The position numbers and the translations under genes were made by a program. From NCBI GenBank assembly GCA_050697175.1, contig JBOGZB010000207.1, positions 1 through 34,674 on the forward strand: 34,674 nucleotides of DNA, written 5' to 3'. A model generated the notes under the pieces. It was not told the DNA's origin and did no database searches. It saw only the letters and a program-made list of their open reading frames with translations. The stretch comes from Solirubrobacterales bacterium (GTDB lineage Bacteria > Actinomycetota > Thermoleophilia > Solirubrobacterales > 70-9). The first letter of the stretch is position 1, and each line of letters opens with the position of its first letter. Positions 1-8,913 of the stretch are shown here, in pieces.

Positions 1-580
1 GCCTGAGGAAGGTGGGGATCGCCCGTCCGTCGTGCGGCCTCATCCGCGGGCCGTAGGTGTTGAAGATGCGAACGATCGAGGTATCGACGCCCTGCTGGCG
101 GTGGTAGGCCATGGTGAGGGCCTCCGCGTAGCGCTTCGCCTCGTCGTAGACGCCACGGGGGCCGATCGGGTTCACGTGACCCCAATAATCCTCGGTCTGC
201 GGATGGACCTGCGGGTCGCCGTAGACCTCCGAGGTCGAGGCGATCAGGAACCGAGCCCGCTTCTCCTTGGCGAGCCCGAGCATGTGGTGGGTCCCGTACG
301 ACCCCACCTTGAGGGTGTGGAGCGGCAGCCGCGCGTAGTCGATCGGGCTCGCAGGCGAGGCGAGGTGATAGACGAAGTCGACCTCCCCTTCGAGGAAGAG
401 CGGCTCGGTCAGGTCCTTGTTCAAGAACCGGAACTCCGGGTCGCCGATGTGCTCGATGTTCTGGAGGGACCCGGTGTCGAGGTTGTCGATGCAGATCACC
501 CGGTGACCCTCCGCGAGAAGCCTCTCGCAGAGGTGTGATCCGAGAAACCCCGCGCCTCCGGTGACTACGCATGTACTCAT
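1..580 (-). CDS. UDP-glucuronate decarboxylase-like NAD-dependent sugar epimerase/dehydratase (extended SDR). N-terminal part only; the gene runs off the left edge.
   Basis: Minus-strand ATG at 580-578 reads [22 protein letters not shown] (GxxGxxG Rossmann motif), then [10 protein letters not shown] and YDEAKR (YxxxK). The frame is open to position 1, so it is missing from the ORF track. The + ORF 32..538 is its antisense shadow. Confidence 0.85.
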   Translation of the reverse strand, partial: MSTCVVTGGAGFLGSHLCERLLAEGHRVICIDNLDTGSLQNIEHIGDPEFRFLNKDLTEPLFLEGEVDFVYHLASPASPIDYARLPLHTLKVGSYGTHHMLGLAKEKRARFLIASTSEVYGDPQVHPQTEDYWGHVNPIGPRGVYDEAKRYAEALTMAYHRQQGVDTSIVRIFNTYGPRMRPHDGRAIPTFLR

Positions 581-792
581 CGGCCCGGGGAGGATAGCGC
601 CGCTTCGCATCTTTCTCACGGCATCCCGACGCGCCTGCACCGTGGCTGGCAGGCCTCCTCCGGCGGGGACGACGGGCACCGGGACGCACGGATCCGCTCC
701 GACGTTCAGAATCCATGGCGCTTCTCAGGATGAGAGGCGGCAGAGGGCGCGCACCGCGCAACTTGGGACAGGCCCATCATGGAGGAGACACC

Positions 793-2016
793 TTGACCAT
801 CCGATCCGGAAACCGTCCGCGGGCGCGTGTGCTCGCTCTCGCGATCGCCGCAGTCGCCGCGATCGTCCTCGCCGCCGCCGGCTCGAGCGCCGCGTCGGTC
901 CGCCAAGGCCCCGCCGGCCTGGCCTTCTACCACCCCCCGAAGTCGCCGACCGGAGGCCACGGATCGCTGATCTGGGCCCGCAAGGCCCACGGGCTGGTGC
1001 CGCTGTCGAAGGCCGCCTCGACCAAGCTCGTCCTCTACACCTCGACCGGCCAGGCCGGCGCGGTGGACGCCGTTTCGGGCTCGGTCAGCGTGCCGAAGGG
1101 CAAGCCGCCGAAGGGTGGATGGCCCGTGATCACCTACGCGCACGGGACCACCGGCACGGCCGACGTCTGCGCGCCGTCGCGCAACCGACCGGGCGACCCG
1201 GCGACTCCCTACATCTCCTACGTCGATCCGCAGCTCAACGCCTGGCTGGCAGCAGGGTATGCGGTGGTCCGCACCGACTATCAGGGCCTCGGCACGCCGG
1301 GCCCGCACCCGTACCTGATCGGCCGCAGCGAGGGCCGAAGCGTGCTCGACATCGTTCGTGCCGCCCGTCAGCTCGATCCCAGCATCGGCAAGCGCTTCCT
1401 GATCGCCGGGCACTCGCAGGGCGGCCACGCGGCGCTGTTCGCCGCCGGACTGGCGAGCCAATACGTGCCCGACCTGTCGCTCCGCGGGACCGTCGCCTAC
1501 GCGCCGGCATCGCATCTCAAGGAGCAGGCGGAGGCGCTGCCGGCCCTCACCTCGCCCAGCGGCCTGACGGCCCTCGCGGCCCTGATCGTCCAGGGCGCTA
1601 CGACCAAGTCGACGCCGTCCGCGCCGATCGACCCGAACGCGCTCCTCTCCGACCAGGTGCTCGCCTACTACCCGCTCACCGACAAGCTGTGCCTGTCGGA
1701 TCTGAGCGCGACCAACCGGCTCGGTGGAATCGCGCCTTCGACCATGCTCCGCTCGGGAGCGGACACGACGGCGCTCTTCAACGTCCTGGCCGATCAGAAT
1801 CCGGCGGTTGCGACCGCGGCCCCGGTCGTCATCGCTCAGGGCACCGCCGACTCGACCGTGTTCAAGGTCTTCACGGACACTCTGGTCAACGAGTTGAATG
1901 GAGCGGGAGACAACGTCACCTACGACGTCTTTCCGGGAGTCGACCACGGGGGCATCGTCGCCGCGTCGGAGTCCAAGGTGCTCAGCTTCTTCAAGTCGAA
2001 GCTGCCGCCCAACTGA
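793..2016 (+). CDS. Secreted lipase / alpha-beta hydrolase (LIP secretory-lipase-like)
   Basis: ORF 715..2016. Has a signal-like segment RARVLALAIAAVAAIVLAAAGSSAASV, the YAHGTTG..CAPS motif and a GHSQGG nucleophile elbow. I prefer the TTG at 793 because GGAGGAG (781-787) lies 5 nt upstream. ATG 715 or 730 are alternatives. Confidence 0.8.
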   Translation: MTIRSGNRPRARVLALAIAAVAAIVLAAAGSSAASVRQGPAGLAFYHPPKSPTGGHGSLIWARKAHGLVPLSKAASTKLVLYTSTGQAGAVDAVSGSVSVPKGKPPKGGWPVITYAHGTTGTADVCAPSRNRPGDPATPYISYVDPQLNAWLAAGYAVVRTDYQGLGTPGPHPYLIGRSEGRSVLDIVRAARQLDPSIGKRFLIAGHSQGGHAALFAAGLASQYVPDLSLRGTVAYAPASHLKEQAEALPALTSPSGLTALAALIVQGATTKSTPSAPIDPNALLSDQVLAYYPLTDKLCLSDLSATNRLGGIAPSTMLRSGADTTALFNVLADQNPAVATAAPVVIAQGTADSTVFKVFTDTLVNELNGAGDNVTYDVFPGVDHGGIVAASESKVLSFFKSKLPPN

Positions 2017-2126
2017 GCGGCCCGGTCGCTAAACGGCTGTTTCGACGCGGGACGACTGGGCCGTCCGGTGATCACCCCGGTCGGATAACGCGGCGCTTGG
2101 CGGCCGCGGGCTAGCTGACCTGCCCC

Positions 2127-2810
2127 ATGGGCGAGGTCTTCCTGTTCGCGTTCACGGCGGCGCTCAACCCGACGCTGCTCGCGGCGACGACGGTCATGTT
2201 GCTGCTCCCCAACCCGAAGCGGCTCCTGATCGGATACCTGCTCGGCGCCATGCTGACCAGCATCACGCTCGGGCTCGTGATCGCGTTCAGCCTCGAGGGC
2301 TCGAGCGCCGTCAACACGGCCCAGAACACCCTCAGCCCCGCCGCCGACTTCACCCTGGGCGGGATCGCGCTGGTGATCGCGTTCGTGCTCGCGACCGGTC
2401 GCGACCAACGGTTGAGCGAGCGGCGGCGCAGGAGGAAGGCCGCGAAGGAGCCCACCGGCCCCCCGCGCTGGCAACGGGCCCTGGGGCGCGGATCGGCGCG
2501 CGATTCATTCATCGTCGGCGCGCTCCTGACTCTTCCCGGTGGCTCGTATTTGGCCGGGCTCGACCGCATCGCCGCGCAGGACCTGAGCACCCCCGGCACC
2601 GTGCTGACGGTCCTCGCCTTCAACTTGATCATGTTGATCCTGCTCGAGGTGCCCACCCTCGGCTACCTGCTCGCCCCCGAGTCGACTCCCGGCGCGGTCG
2701 AGCGGTTCAAGGGCGCGATCTCGCGCCGCGGCCGCCGCGCCGGAATCTGGGGCGCCTCGATTGTCGGGACGCTGTTGATCGTGCGCGCGGTGATCGAGCT
2801 TCTGGCCTGA
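2127..2810 (+). CDS. Polytopic membrane protein, GAP/LysE-fold-like (function unknown)
   Basis: 227 aa. Several hydrophobic helices (FLFAFTAALNPTLLAATTVMLLL, LGAMLTSITLGLVIAF, IWGASIVGTLLIVRAVIELL) around a basic central loop RRRRRKAAKEP. Coding-like third-position GC. Confidence 0.6.
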   Translation: MGEVFLFAFTAALNPTLLAATTVMLLLPNPKRLLIGYLLGAMLTSITLGLVIAFSLEGSSAVNTAQNTLSPAADFTLGGIALVIAFVLATGRDQRLSERRRRRKAAKEPTGPPRWQRALGRGSARDSFIVGALLTLPGGSYLAGLDRIAAQDLSTPGTVLTVLAFNLIMLILLEVPTLGYLLAPESTPGAVERFKGAISRRGRRAGIWGASIVGTLLIVRAVIELLA

Positions 2811-2828
2811 GGTCGGCGCCCGGGGCGT

Positions 2829-4490
2829 CTACTGGGCCGCCGCCGCCGCGTCGTCACCGACCGCGCCCTCGGCGAGCGACTTGGTCGGCAGCCGTCGGGT
2901 GAACCACAGCGACACGAGCGCCGCGGCGGCGACGGCGCCGAGCGCCAGCCGCAGGGCCTCGAGCTGCGCGTCGCCGTAGTCGGTGGCGACCGCGCTGGCC
3001 TCGTCGGCTGTCAGCCCGCCGTCGCGCGCCGCCTTCTCGACGTCGCTCACCGGGACGATGTCGATTCCCTGCTCGGTGTTGGCCACGATCGTCTCGCGGG
3101 CGGGAGCCGGAATGGCCGGGTTGTCGGCGACGCGCTCGCCGAATCCGGTCGCCAGCGACGCCAGCAGCACCGCGCCGATCAACGCAGTCCCGAGCGAGGA
3201 GCCGAGGTTTTGGGCGGTCCCCTGGAGCCCACCGCCCTCGCTGCTCTTGTCGGATGGGACCGAGGACATGATCACGTTCCCGAGCTGTGAGGCGAGCAGG
3301 CCGCCGCCGGCGCCGATGATCGCCAGCGCGATCTTGAAGCCGGTGTCGTTCAGCGTCTGGTCGAGCGTCGCGAGCATCACGACCGCGCCGATGCTGACCG
3401 CGACCAGCCCGGTCTGCGCGACGATCCGCGGGGAGCGCCGAGCGGCCATCCGCGGTCCGAGCAAAGCGAAGACCAGCATCGCCACCGACAGCGGGAGCAG
3501 GCGCTTGCCGGTCTCGAACGCGTCATAGCCCAGTACCACCTGGAGGTAGACCGGGATCACGAAGAACGTTCCCATCAGGACGAGCTGTTGACCGAGCAGG
3601 CTCGAGAGCCCGGAGCGAAGCTGCGCCCCCTTGAGGAGCATGACGTCGAGAAGCTGGTCTTGGCCGAGCCGGGCCCGGCGCTCCTCCCAGAGCGCGAACC
3701 CCCCCACGAGCGCGAGCCCACCGAGGACCAGGAACGGCACCGGCGAGAAGCCGAGCGGAGTGATCTCCGTGCCGTTGATCTCCGGGGGCGTACGCGGCTG
3801 GACGAACCCCCACACGCTGCTCCTCAGGATCGCGAACACGATCAGGCCGAGCCCGCTCGAGGAGAGCAGGACGCCGACGACGTCGAGCCGGGGCCGCCGC
3901 ATGGCGCCCGCCGCTTGGGGCAGGAGCCCGCGCAGGAGCAGGATGACCGTGACGACGACGGTCTCGGCGGCGAACACGTAGCGCCACGAGAACTCGGTCG
4001 TCACCCAGCCGCCGATCAGGGGCCCGGCGGCGACGGCGACCGCCGAGACCCCGCCGAGCAGGGCATAGGCGAGCGCGCGCTCGCGGCCCTCGTAGCTGGC
4101 GGCGGTGAGCGCCGCGATCGCGGGGATCACCAGCACCGCGCCGAATCCCTCGATGCCCGACCAGCCGATCAGCAGAACGGCAAGGTTCGGGCTCAGGGCA
4201 GTGGTCAGCGAGCCGGCGCCATAGATCGCCAGGCCGATCGCGAACCCGCGGCTTCGACCCAGGATGTCGCCCAGCTTCGCGCCGAGCAGCATGAACGCGG
4301 CCATCACCAGCGTGTACAGGGTGATCGCCGTCTGCACCCCCTGGATCGTCGTGTGGAGGTCGGCGACGATCTGGGAGATCGCGACGTTCATGACGCTCGT
4401 GTCGAGCACCATCACGAACTGGGCGGAGGCCAGCATGATCAGGGGGATCCACTTGCGCACGAACCGGGGCGATCCTATCCGGGGCTCCAT
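2829..4490 (-). CDS. MFS transporter, DHA2 (EmrB/QacA-like, 14-TMS type) drug:H+ antiporter
   Basis: The track ORF 2829..5180 is over-extended across the divergent gene. The transporter sequence begins at ATG 4490-4488 (MEPRIGSPRFVRKWIPLIMLASAQFVMVLDTSVMNVAISQI). It contains the MFS motif LGAKLGDILGRSRGF and many TM segments. Confidence 0.85.
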   Translation of the reverse strand: MEPRIGSPRFVRKWIPLIMLASAQFVMVLDTSVMNVAISQIVADLHTTIQGVQTAITLYTLVMAAFMLLGAKLGDILGRSRGFAIGLAIYGAGSLTTALSPNLAVLLIGWSGIEGFGAVLVIPAIAALTAASYEGRERALAYALLGGVSAVAVAAGPLIGGWVTTEFSWRYVFAAETVVVTVILLLRGLLPQAAGAMRRPRLDVVGVLLSSSGLGLIVFAILRSSVWGFVQPRTPPEINGTEITPLGFSPVPFLVLGGLALVGGFALWEERRARLGQDQLLDVMLLKGAQLRSGLSSLLGQQLVLMGTFFVIPVYLQVVLGYDAFETGKRLLPLSVAMLVFALLGPRMAARRSPRIVAQTGLVAVSIGAVVMLATLDQTLNDTGFKIALAIIGAGGGLLASQLGNVIMSSVPSDKSSEGGGLQGTAQNLGSSLGTALIGAVLLASLATGFGERVADNPAIPAPARETIVANTEQGIDIVPVSDVEKAARDGGLTADEASAVATDYGDAQLEALRLALGAVAAAALVSLWFTRRLPTKSLAEGAVGDDAAAAAQ

Positions 4491-4589
4491 GGGCGGCTCG
4501 CGGCCGGGCGGCGTCGCCGTCGATAGGATCACGGTGCGGAATGCCGGCAGGTGGCCGCGCCGACGCCACCAGGGACACGGAGGACGGGG

Positions 4590-6065
4590 ATGCGCAAGAG
4601 CAGGAGGCTTAGGTTGTCGATCTGGGTAGCGGCCGTCGCGACGGCTGCCGCGGTCGCCGGCCCCGCGCAGGCGGGGGCGACGTCGACGTCGTGCGGGACC
4701 GACGGCGCGCCATCGTGCCAGCCGCGCTTCTCGTGGATGCCCGGCTACGAGGCTCCCGGCACCCCGGCGAATCTCGACCGAGTCGGCGTGCTCAAGATCG
4801 GCGACCCGTCGGCGAGCCACATCCTGGTGCTGAACCCGGGGACCTCGGCGGCATCCGCGTACTTCAGGCCGCTCGCCGACGACGTCGTCAGGCTGACGCA
4901 GGGCAGGTGGCAGGTCTGGTCGGTCGAGCGGCGCGAGAACCAGCTCGAGGACCAGTCGGTCCTCGAGCGGTTCAAGGAGGGCCGGGTCACCACGACCCGG
5001 CTGTTCAACTACTACCTCGGCTGGTTGTCGGATCCGAGCATCAAGAACCACTTCAAGCCGATCCCCGACTCGTCGGTGAGCTACGCCCGCCGGTGGGGGA
5101 TGAACACCGAGATCCACGACCTGCACCGGGTCGTGGAAGCGGCGCGGTCCGGCGGTCGCACGGTGGTGCTCGGCGGCCACTCACTTGGCGGGACGATCAC
5201 CACCGCGTACGCGACCTGGGACTTCGGCGGCACCCCCGGCGCGAGCGACCTGGCGGGGCTCGTCTACATCGACGGCGGCAGCGACCCGGTCCCCGTGACG
5301 CGCAAGGAGGCCTCCCAGTCGCTGTACAAGCTCAAGACCAGCACGCCGTGGCTGGCCTTCGGCGGCATCCCCGCTCCGTATCTGGGCATCTACTCGGCGG
5401 CCGGATCGTGCGGCGCGGTCAAGCAGCCGAACGAGCCGTCGGTCGCCTACGGGTCACCGATCCTCCCCGCCAACCTGAAGCCGTCGCTGCCCGCGGGCGT
5501 CGTGCCGACCAACGAGGGGGAGTTCGGCTTTGCGACCAGCGTCCCGAGCTCGCCGGCCAACCTCGTCGCCGCTCAGGTTCACGCCGGCCGCCTCGCGGGC
5601 ACCGGGAACCCGCGCGGTTGGATCCGCGGCGCGGCGATCACCCCGATCCAGCGCTACGCGGCCATGCTCTGCGGGAACGGCCTCGATGGCATCGACGGGA
5701 GCGCCTGGTACCACCCGATGCGACTCACGATCGACGCCGGGGCAGTCGCTGACGGAAACGCCAATCCCGCTCAGGGAGTGCTGAACGTCCAGGCGATCCA
5801 CGGGCACGACCTGAGCCCGCGCACCCTGATCTACGCATTCGGCGCCGCGCTCGGCGGCGAGAGCGTCCTGGACGACGCCCGCACCCTCGCCCAGCAGTCG
5901 GGCATCCCGAAGGGCAACCTGACCCTGGTGAACCGCGCCCGCTCCTACTCTCACAACGACCCGAGCGCGGCCAGCCCGACCAACGCGTTCGTCAAGAACC
6001 TGATCCCGTTCCTGTCGAGGGTCGCCAACTGTCACGGGCACGCCGGCCACCGCCACGGGTCATAG
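4590..6065 (+). CDS. Secreted alpha/beta hydrolase (esterase/lipase-like)
   Basis: ORF 4551..6065. The ATG at 4590 is preceded by GGAGGA. Signal peptide MRKSRRLRLSIWVAAVATAAAVAGPAQA and a GGHSLGG nucleophile elbow. Confidence 0.8.
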   Translation: MRKSRRLRLSIWVAAVATAAAVAGPAQAGATSTSCGTDGAPSCQPRFSWMPGYEAPGTPANLDRVGVLKIGDPSASHILVLNPGTSAASAYFRPLADDVVRLTQGRWQVWSVERRENQLEDQSVLERFKEGRVTTTRLFNYYLGWLSDPSIKNHFKPIPDSSVSYARRWGMNTEIHDLHRVVEAARSGGRTVVLGGHSLGGTITTAYATWDFGGTPGASDLAGLVYIDGGSDPVPVTRKEASQSLYKLKTSTPWLAFGGIPAPYLGIYSAAGSCGAVKQPNEPSVAYGSPILPANLKPSLPAGVVPTNEGEFGFATSVPSSPANLVAAQVHAGRLAGTGNPRGWIRGAAITPIQRYAAMLCGNGLDGIDGSAWYHPMRLTIDAGAVADGNANPAQGVLNVQAIHGHDLSPRTLIYAFGAALGGESVLDDARTLAQQSGIPKGNLTLVNRARSYSHNDPSAASPTNAFVKNLIPFLSRVANCHGHAGHRHGS

Positions 6066-6123
6066 CGCAGACGAGGCCCTGGCGAGACCTGACAGCCGGG
6101 CGCGTCTCGGTTCAGCCTGACGT

Positions 6124-6159
6124 GGAGGGCGCGGCCCGGGTTCGCCGAGCCGCGCCTCC
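6124..6159. terminator. GC-rich hairpin between convergent genes (possible bidirectional terminator)
   Basis: GGAGG(G)CGCGGC - 13 nt loop - GCCGCGCCTCC: 11 bp with a 1-nt bulge. Lies in the 97-nt convergent spacer. No strong T tract. Confidence 0.35.
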
Positions 6160-6162
6160 CGG

Positions 6163-6438
6163 CTAGTAGGTGATCGCCTCGGCCTCCTCGACGACCGTCG
6201 GGCCGGTGTGATCGGGGAACCGCTCGAGGATCCCCGAGGCGAGCAGCTTGTCGCGACCGCTCTTCGCCTCCTCGGAGGAGGCGAACTCCACCTGGACGAA
6301 CACCTCGTTGGGGTCGTCGACGCTGCGGTACAGCCGGTGGCCGCGCGCCGCCTCCCTGGCCCCCGGCGGATCCTGGTCGAACATCGGCTTCCAGGATCCG
6401 TACTCGTCGACGCGAACCCGGGTCAAGATGAATGGCAT
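6163..6438 (-). CDS. Small dimeric alpha+beta-barrel (ABM/Dabb-like) protein
   Basis: The real start is most likely ATG 6438-6436 (MPFILTRVRVDEYGSWKPMF...), preceded by GAGGAGG. 91 aa. The longer track ORF to 6621 would overlap the TetR gene start. Confidence 0.65.
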   Translation of the reverse strand: MPFILTRVRVDEYGSWKPMFDQDPPGAREAARGHRLYRSVDDPNEVFVQVEFASSEEAKSGRDKLLASGILERFPDHTGPTVVEEAEAITY

Positions 6439-6460
6439 GAGCGCCACCTCCTCAGCTCGA

Positions 6461-6483
6461 TCATGCATTGGATACATGCATGA
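6461..6483. promoter_or_regulatory. Candidate TetR operator: TCATGCAT-N7-ATGCATGA inverted repeat
   Basis: Perfect 8-bp arms read directly from the sequence. Lies in the AT-richer 74-nt divergent spacer between the ABM-like gene and the TetR gene. Confidence 0.5.
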
Positions 6484-6512
6484 AGTAATGAATACAGCGG
6501 TAGAGTAGCAAA

Positions 6513-7157
6513 ATGGCCGATCGCAAGAGCCGGCGGCGCTACGACTCCCCGATCCGCCGAGAGCAGGCGGCGGCCACGCGCCGCTCGATCCTCGACGCCG
6601 CGCAGCGACTGTTCGAGGCACAGGGCTACGCGGCGACCTCGATGGCCGCGATCGCGGCCGAGGCGGGTGTCTCCCTGAAGACCGTCTACGTCGTCTTCGA
6701 CACCAAGGGCGGCATCCTGCGGGCGCTATGGCACCTGCTGCTTCGCGGCGACGCGGACTCCGTCCCGATCGGCGATCGAGAGTGGTTTCGCCAGATGCTC
6801 GACGAGCCGGACCCGCGACGCCAGATCCGCCTCGTCGCCGAGAACTCGCGCATCGTCAAGGCGCGAGCGGGGGCGCTGATCGAGGTCATCCGGGGCGCCG
6901 CGGTCGCAGATCCCGACATCGCCGAGTTGTGGGGTCGCATCCAGTCCGAGTTCCACCAGACCCAGCGCAGGATCGTCGAGAGCCTGAGCGAGAAGGGCGC
7001 CCTCGACCCGGACCTCGACACCGAGCGCGCCGCCGACGTCCTCTGGGCGCTCAACCACCCGAGCTTCTACTGGCTGCTCGCCGACCAGCGGGGCTGGACG
7101 CCCGGCGAATACGAGCGGTGGCTGGTCGAGATCCTCTCCTCCGAGCTCCTCGCTTAG
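6513..7157 (+). CDS. TetR/AcrR family transcriptional regulator
   Basis: N-terminal HTH region RRSILDAAQRLFEAQGYAATSMAAIAAEAGVSLKTVYVVF is typical of TetR_N. 214 aa. Confidence 0.9.
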   Translation: MADRKSRRRYDSPIRREQAAATRRSILDAAQRLFEAQGYAATSMAAIAAEAGVSLKTVYVVFDTKGGILRALWHLLLRGDADSVPIGDREWFRQMLDEPDPRRQIRLVAENSRIVKARAGALIEVIRGAAVADPDIAELWGRIQSEFHQTQRRIVESLSEKGALDPDLDTERAADVLWALNHPSFYWLLADQRGWTPGEYERWLVEILSSELLA

Positions 7158-8299
7158 CCGGATCCGGAGTGCGGACGATGGTGATGGCGCCCGCGGTGGC
7201 GCACATGCGGCGCGTACGGCACGAAGCGGCGCTTGTCGAGCTGGTGCCGAATCACCTTTCGCGCCTTCGGCCAGTGGTTGACGTCGTAGATGGTGCCGGC
7301 GGTGACGCTTCGGTAATAGATCAGCATCCCGACCCGGTGGTGCTTCTTGGCCCAGTGGAACAGCTTGTGCGTGAACCGGCCGCTGTAGTCGTTGTCCCAC
7401 GGCGAGTACTCGCCGACCACGAACGGCTGATGGCTCCAGCGGTGGTAGAAGTGCTTGAAGGCCGCCCAGATCCCGGGAGTGGCGAACTTCGAGTAGATGT
7501 CGGCACCGACCCAGTCGACGTAGCGCTTGCCGGGCCAGTAGGCGCCGGGGCGGTTGCCCTTCACCGCCGGAGAGCCGAGCGTCTGCGGCGACCACATGAA
7601 GGCGACCTTGGCGTGCTCGAGGCGGTGGTGGATGTTGTGCCGCCCGTACACGCGGGAGTGGTTCGAGTGAGCGCGGAGGATCCGCGGCATGTGGCGCTTT
7701 CGGAGCTTGTGGTTGATCTTCTTGACCTTGCCTCCGCGAACGATCAGCGCCATGCGCCGCCAGGCTCGCCTGAAGTTCCGGGTTGAGTGGCTCCTGCCCT
7801 TCCTCGTCCCGTCGGAGTTGTAGGCGCAGTACGGGTTCCAGGAGCCGTTCATCTCGGCGAACGGGCGGATGTAGACGACCTGGTGGGAGCTGACGATCGA
7901 CTGGTTCAGTCGCACCAGGTAGTGATCGCCCTTGCCCTTCGCGATCTGTCGAGGATTGATCCGCTCCGGCCCGACGCCGGCCGCGGTCGACAGGCTGAGC
8001 ACCCCGCGCGTCCGGGTCTTGTGCCAGCGCTTCAAAGCGCCGGTCGTCAGCGGCGTGTCCCAGTGGTAGAAGTCCTCCAGCACCGCCGGATGGGCGCCGA
8101 CCCGCTTCGCGAAACGGTGGAAGTCGCGGTTGTTCGAGGTGTCGCTGACCCCGTGGAAGATCTGGTGGTGGGGCGGGGCGAAGCTCTTCGCCGCCGCCGA
8201 TCCGGCGGTCGCGAGTAGCAGCGCCGCGACGATCGCGCCGCCCACCGCAAGGCGTATCGAGTTGGCTGGACGCATCACCTGGGGGTCCGGATACCTCAT
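7154..8299 (-). CDS. Secreted glycoside hydrolase family 26-like protein (mannanase-like fold), unusually His/Arg/Lys-rich
   Basis: Signal-like N-terminus LAVGGAIVAALLLATAGSAAA. GH26-like blocks IRPFAEMNGSWNPY, AFMWSPQ, YWPGKRYVDWVGADIY and FVVGEYS. The stop overlaps the TetR stop (TTAG at 7154-7157). Confidence 0.7.
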   Translation of the reverse strand: MRYPDPQVMRPANSIRLAVGGAIVAALLLATAGSAAAKSFAPPHHQIFHGVSDTSNNRDFHRFAKRVGAHPAVLEDFYHWDTPLTTGALKRWHKTRTRGVLSLSTAAGVGPERINPRQIAKGKGDHYLVRLNQSIVSSHQVVYIRPFAEMNGSWNPYCAYNSDGTRKGRSHSTRNFRRAWRRMALIVRGGKVKKINHKLRKRHMPRILRAHSNHSRVYGRHNIHHRLEHAKVAFMWSPQTLGSPAVKGNRPGAYWPGKRYVDWVGADIYSKFATPGIWAAFKHFYHRWSHQPFVVGEYSPWDNDYSGRFTHKLFHWAKKHHRVGMLIYYRSVTAGTIYDVNHWPKARKVIRHQLDKRRFVPYAPHVRHRGRHHHRPHSGSG

Positions 8300-8412
8300 C
8301 AGACACCAGGCCCGGGCGTCAACCGGCCAAGAGCGGTGCAGCGATTCCTGTGCCCGAGCTCAGCCCGAGGCCTCGGGCGCCTGCCCCCGGACGGCGCGCG
8401 GGCCGGATCTCG

Positions 8413-8877
8413 ATGCATACTGCCCCTGTGGAGATCGAATCCGCCGTCGAGGCTGACCTGGGAACCCTGCTCCCGATGATGCGGGCCTACTGCGACTTCT
8501 ACGAGGTCTCGCCGACGGACGCGGGGCTCGAGGCGATGGCCAGGGCGCTGATCGCGGCCGAGGATCCCGACGGGATGCTGCTGGTCGCGCGAGACTCCGA
8601 CGGCGTGCCGATCGGGTTCGCCGCGGTGGGGTGGAAGTGGGCGAGCACCCGCGGCGCTCGGATCGCGGTCATGGAGGATCTCTTCGTCGCGCCAGAGGCT
8701 CGCGGCAAGGGCGCCGCCGACGCGCTGATCGAGGCCTGTGCCGACCGCGCTCGGAGGCACGGCGCCCCGGTCCTCACCTGGGTCACCGCCCCGGACAACA
8801 AGCGCGCCCAGGCGGTCTACGGCCGCGCCGGCGCCACCCCGGGCACCTGGCTCGAGTACGAGCTCGAGCTGACCTAG
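8413..8877 (+). CDS. GNAT family N-acetyltransferase
   Basis: ORF 8350..8877, with a likely ATG at 8413 (MHTAPVEIESAV). Acetyl-CoA motif region VMEDLFVAPEARGKGAADALIEACADRARRHGA. Confidence 0.85.
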   Translation: MHTAPVEIESAVEADLGTLLPMMRAYCDFYEVSPTDAGLEAMARALIAAEDPDGMLLVARDSDGVPIGFAAVGWKWASTRGARIAVMEDLFVAPEARGKGAADALIEACADRARRHGAPVLTWVTAPDNKRAQAVYGRAGATPGTWLEYELELT

Positions 8878-8913
8878 GCGGTTGCAGGTCGGTCCGATCG
8901 TCGACCCGAGCGC

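Noticed and set aside
561-2114. Long alternative-frame and antisense ORFs throughout the track. Examples: 561..2114 +, 706..1947 -, 3523..4578 -, 6726..8306 -, 9440..11020 -, 12465..13379 -, 17226..18995 +, 20790..21761 -, 26520..27932 +.
   Set aside because: They are Arg/Pro/Gly/Ala-rich low-complexity translations typical of shadow frames in very GC-rich DNA. Each fully overlaps a frame with clear family motifs, and none shows a recognisable domain.
4491-5180. 5' extension of the MFS ORF (2829..5180). Likewise the extension of the beta-helix ORF (17571..19817) beyond 18917.
   Set aside because: The extensions run antisense through well-supported divergent genes (hydrolase 4590..6065, epimerase 19005..20003). 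They translate to Arg/Pro-rich sequence with no transporter or beta-helix character. Sensible starts with signal or TM features exist internally.
7154-7157. Overlapping convergent stop codons (TTAG at 7154-7157; CTAG at 11152-11155).
   Set aside because: A common consequence of tight packing in compact GC-rich genomes. No evidence of functional significance.
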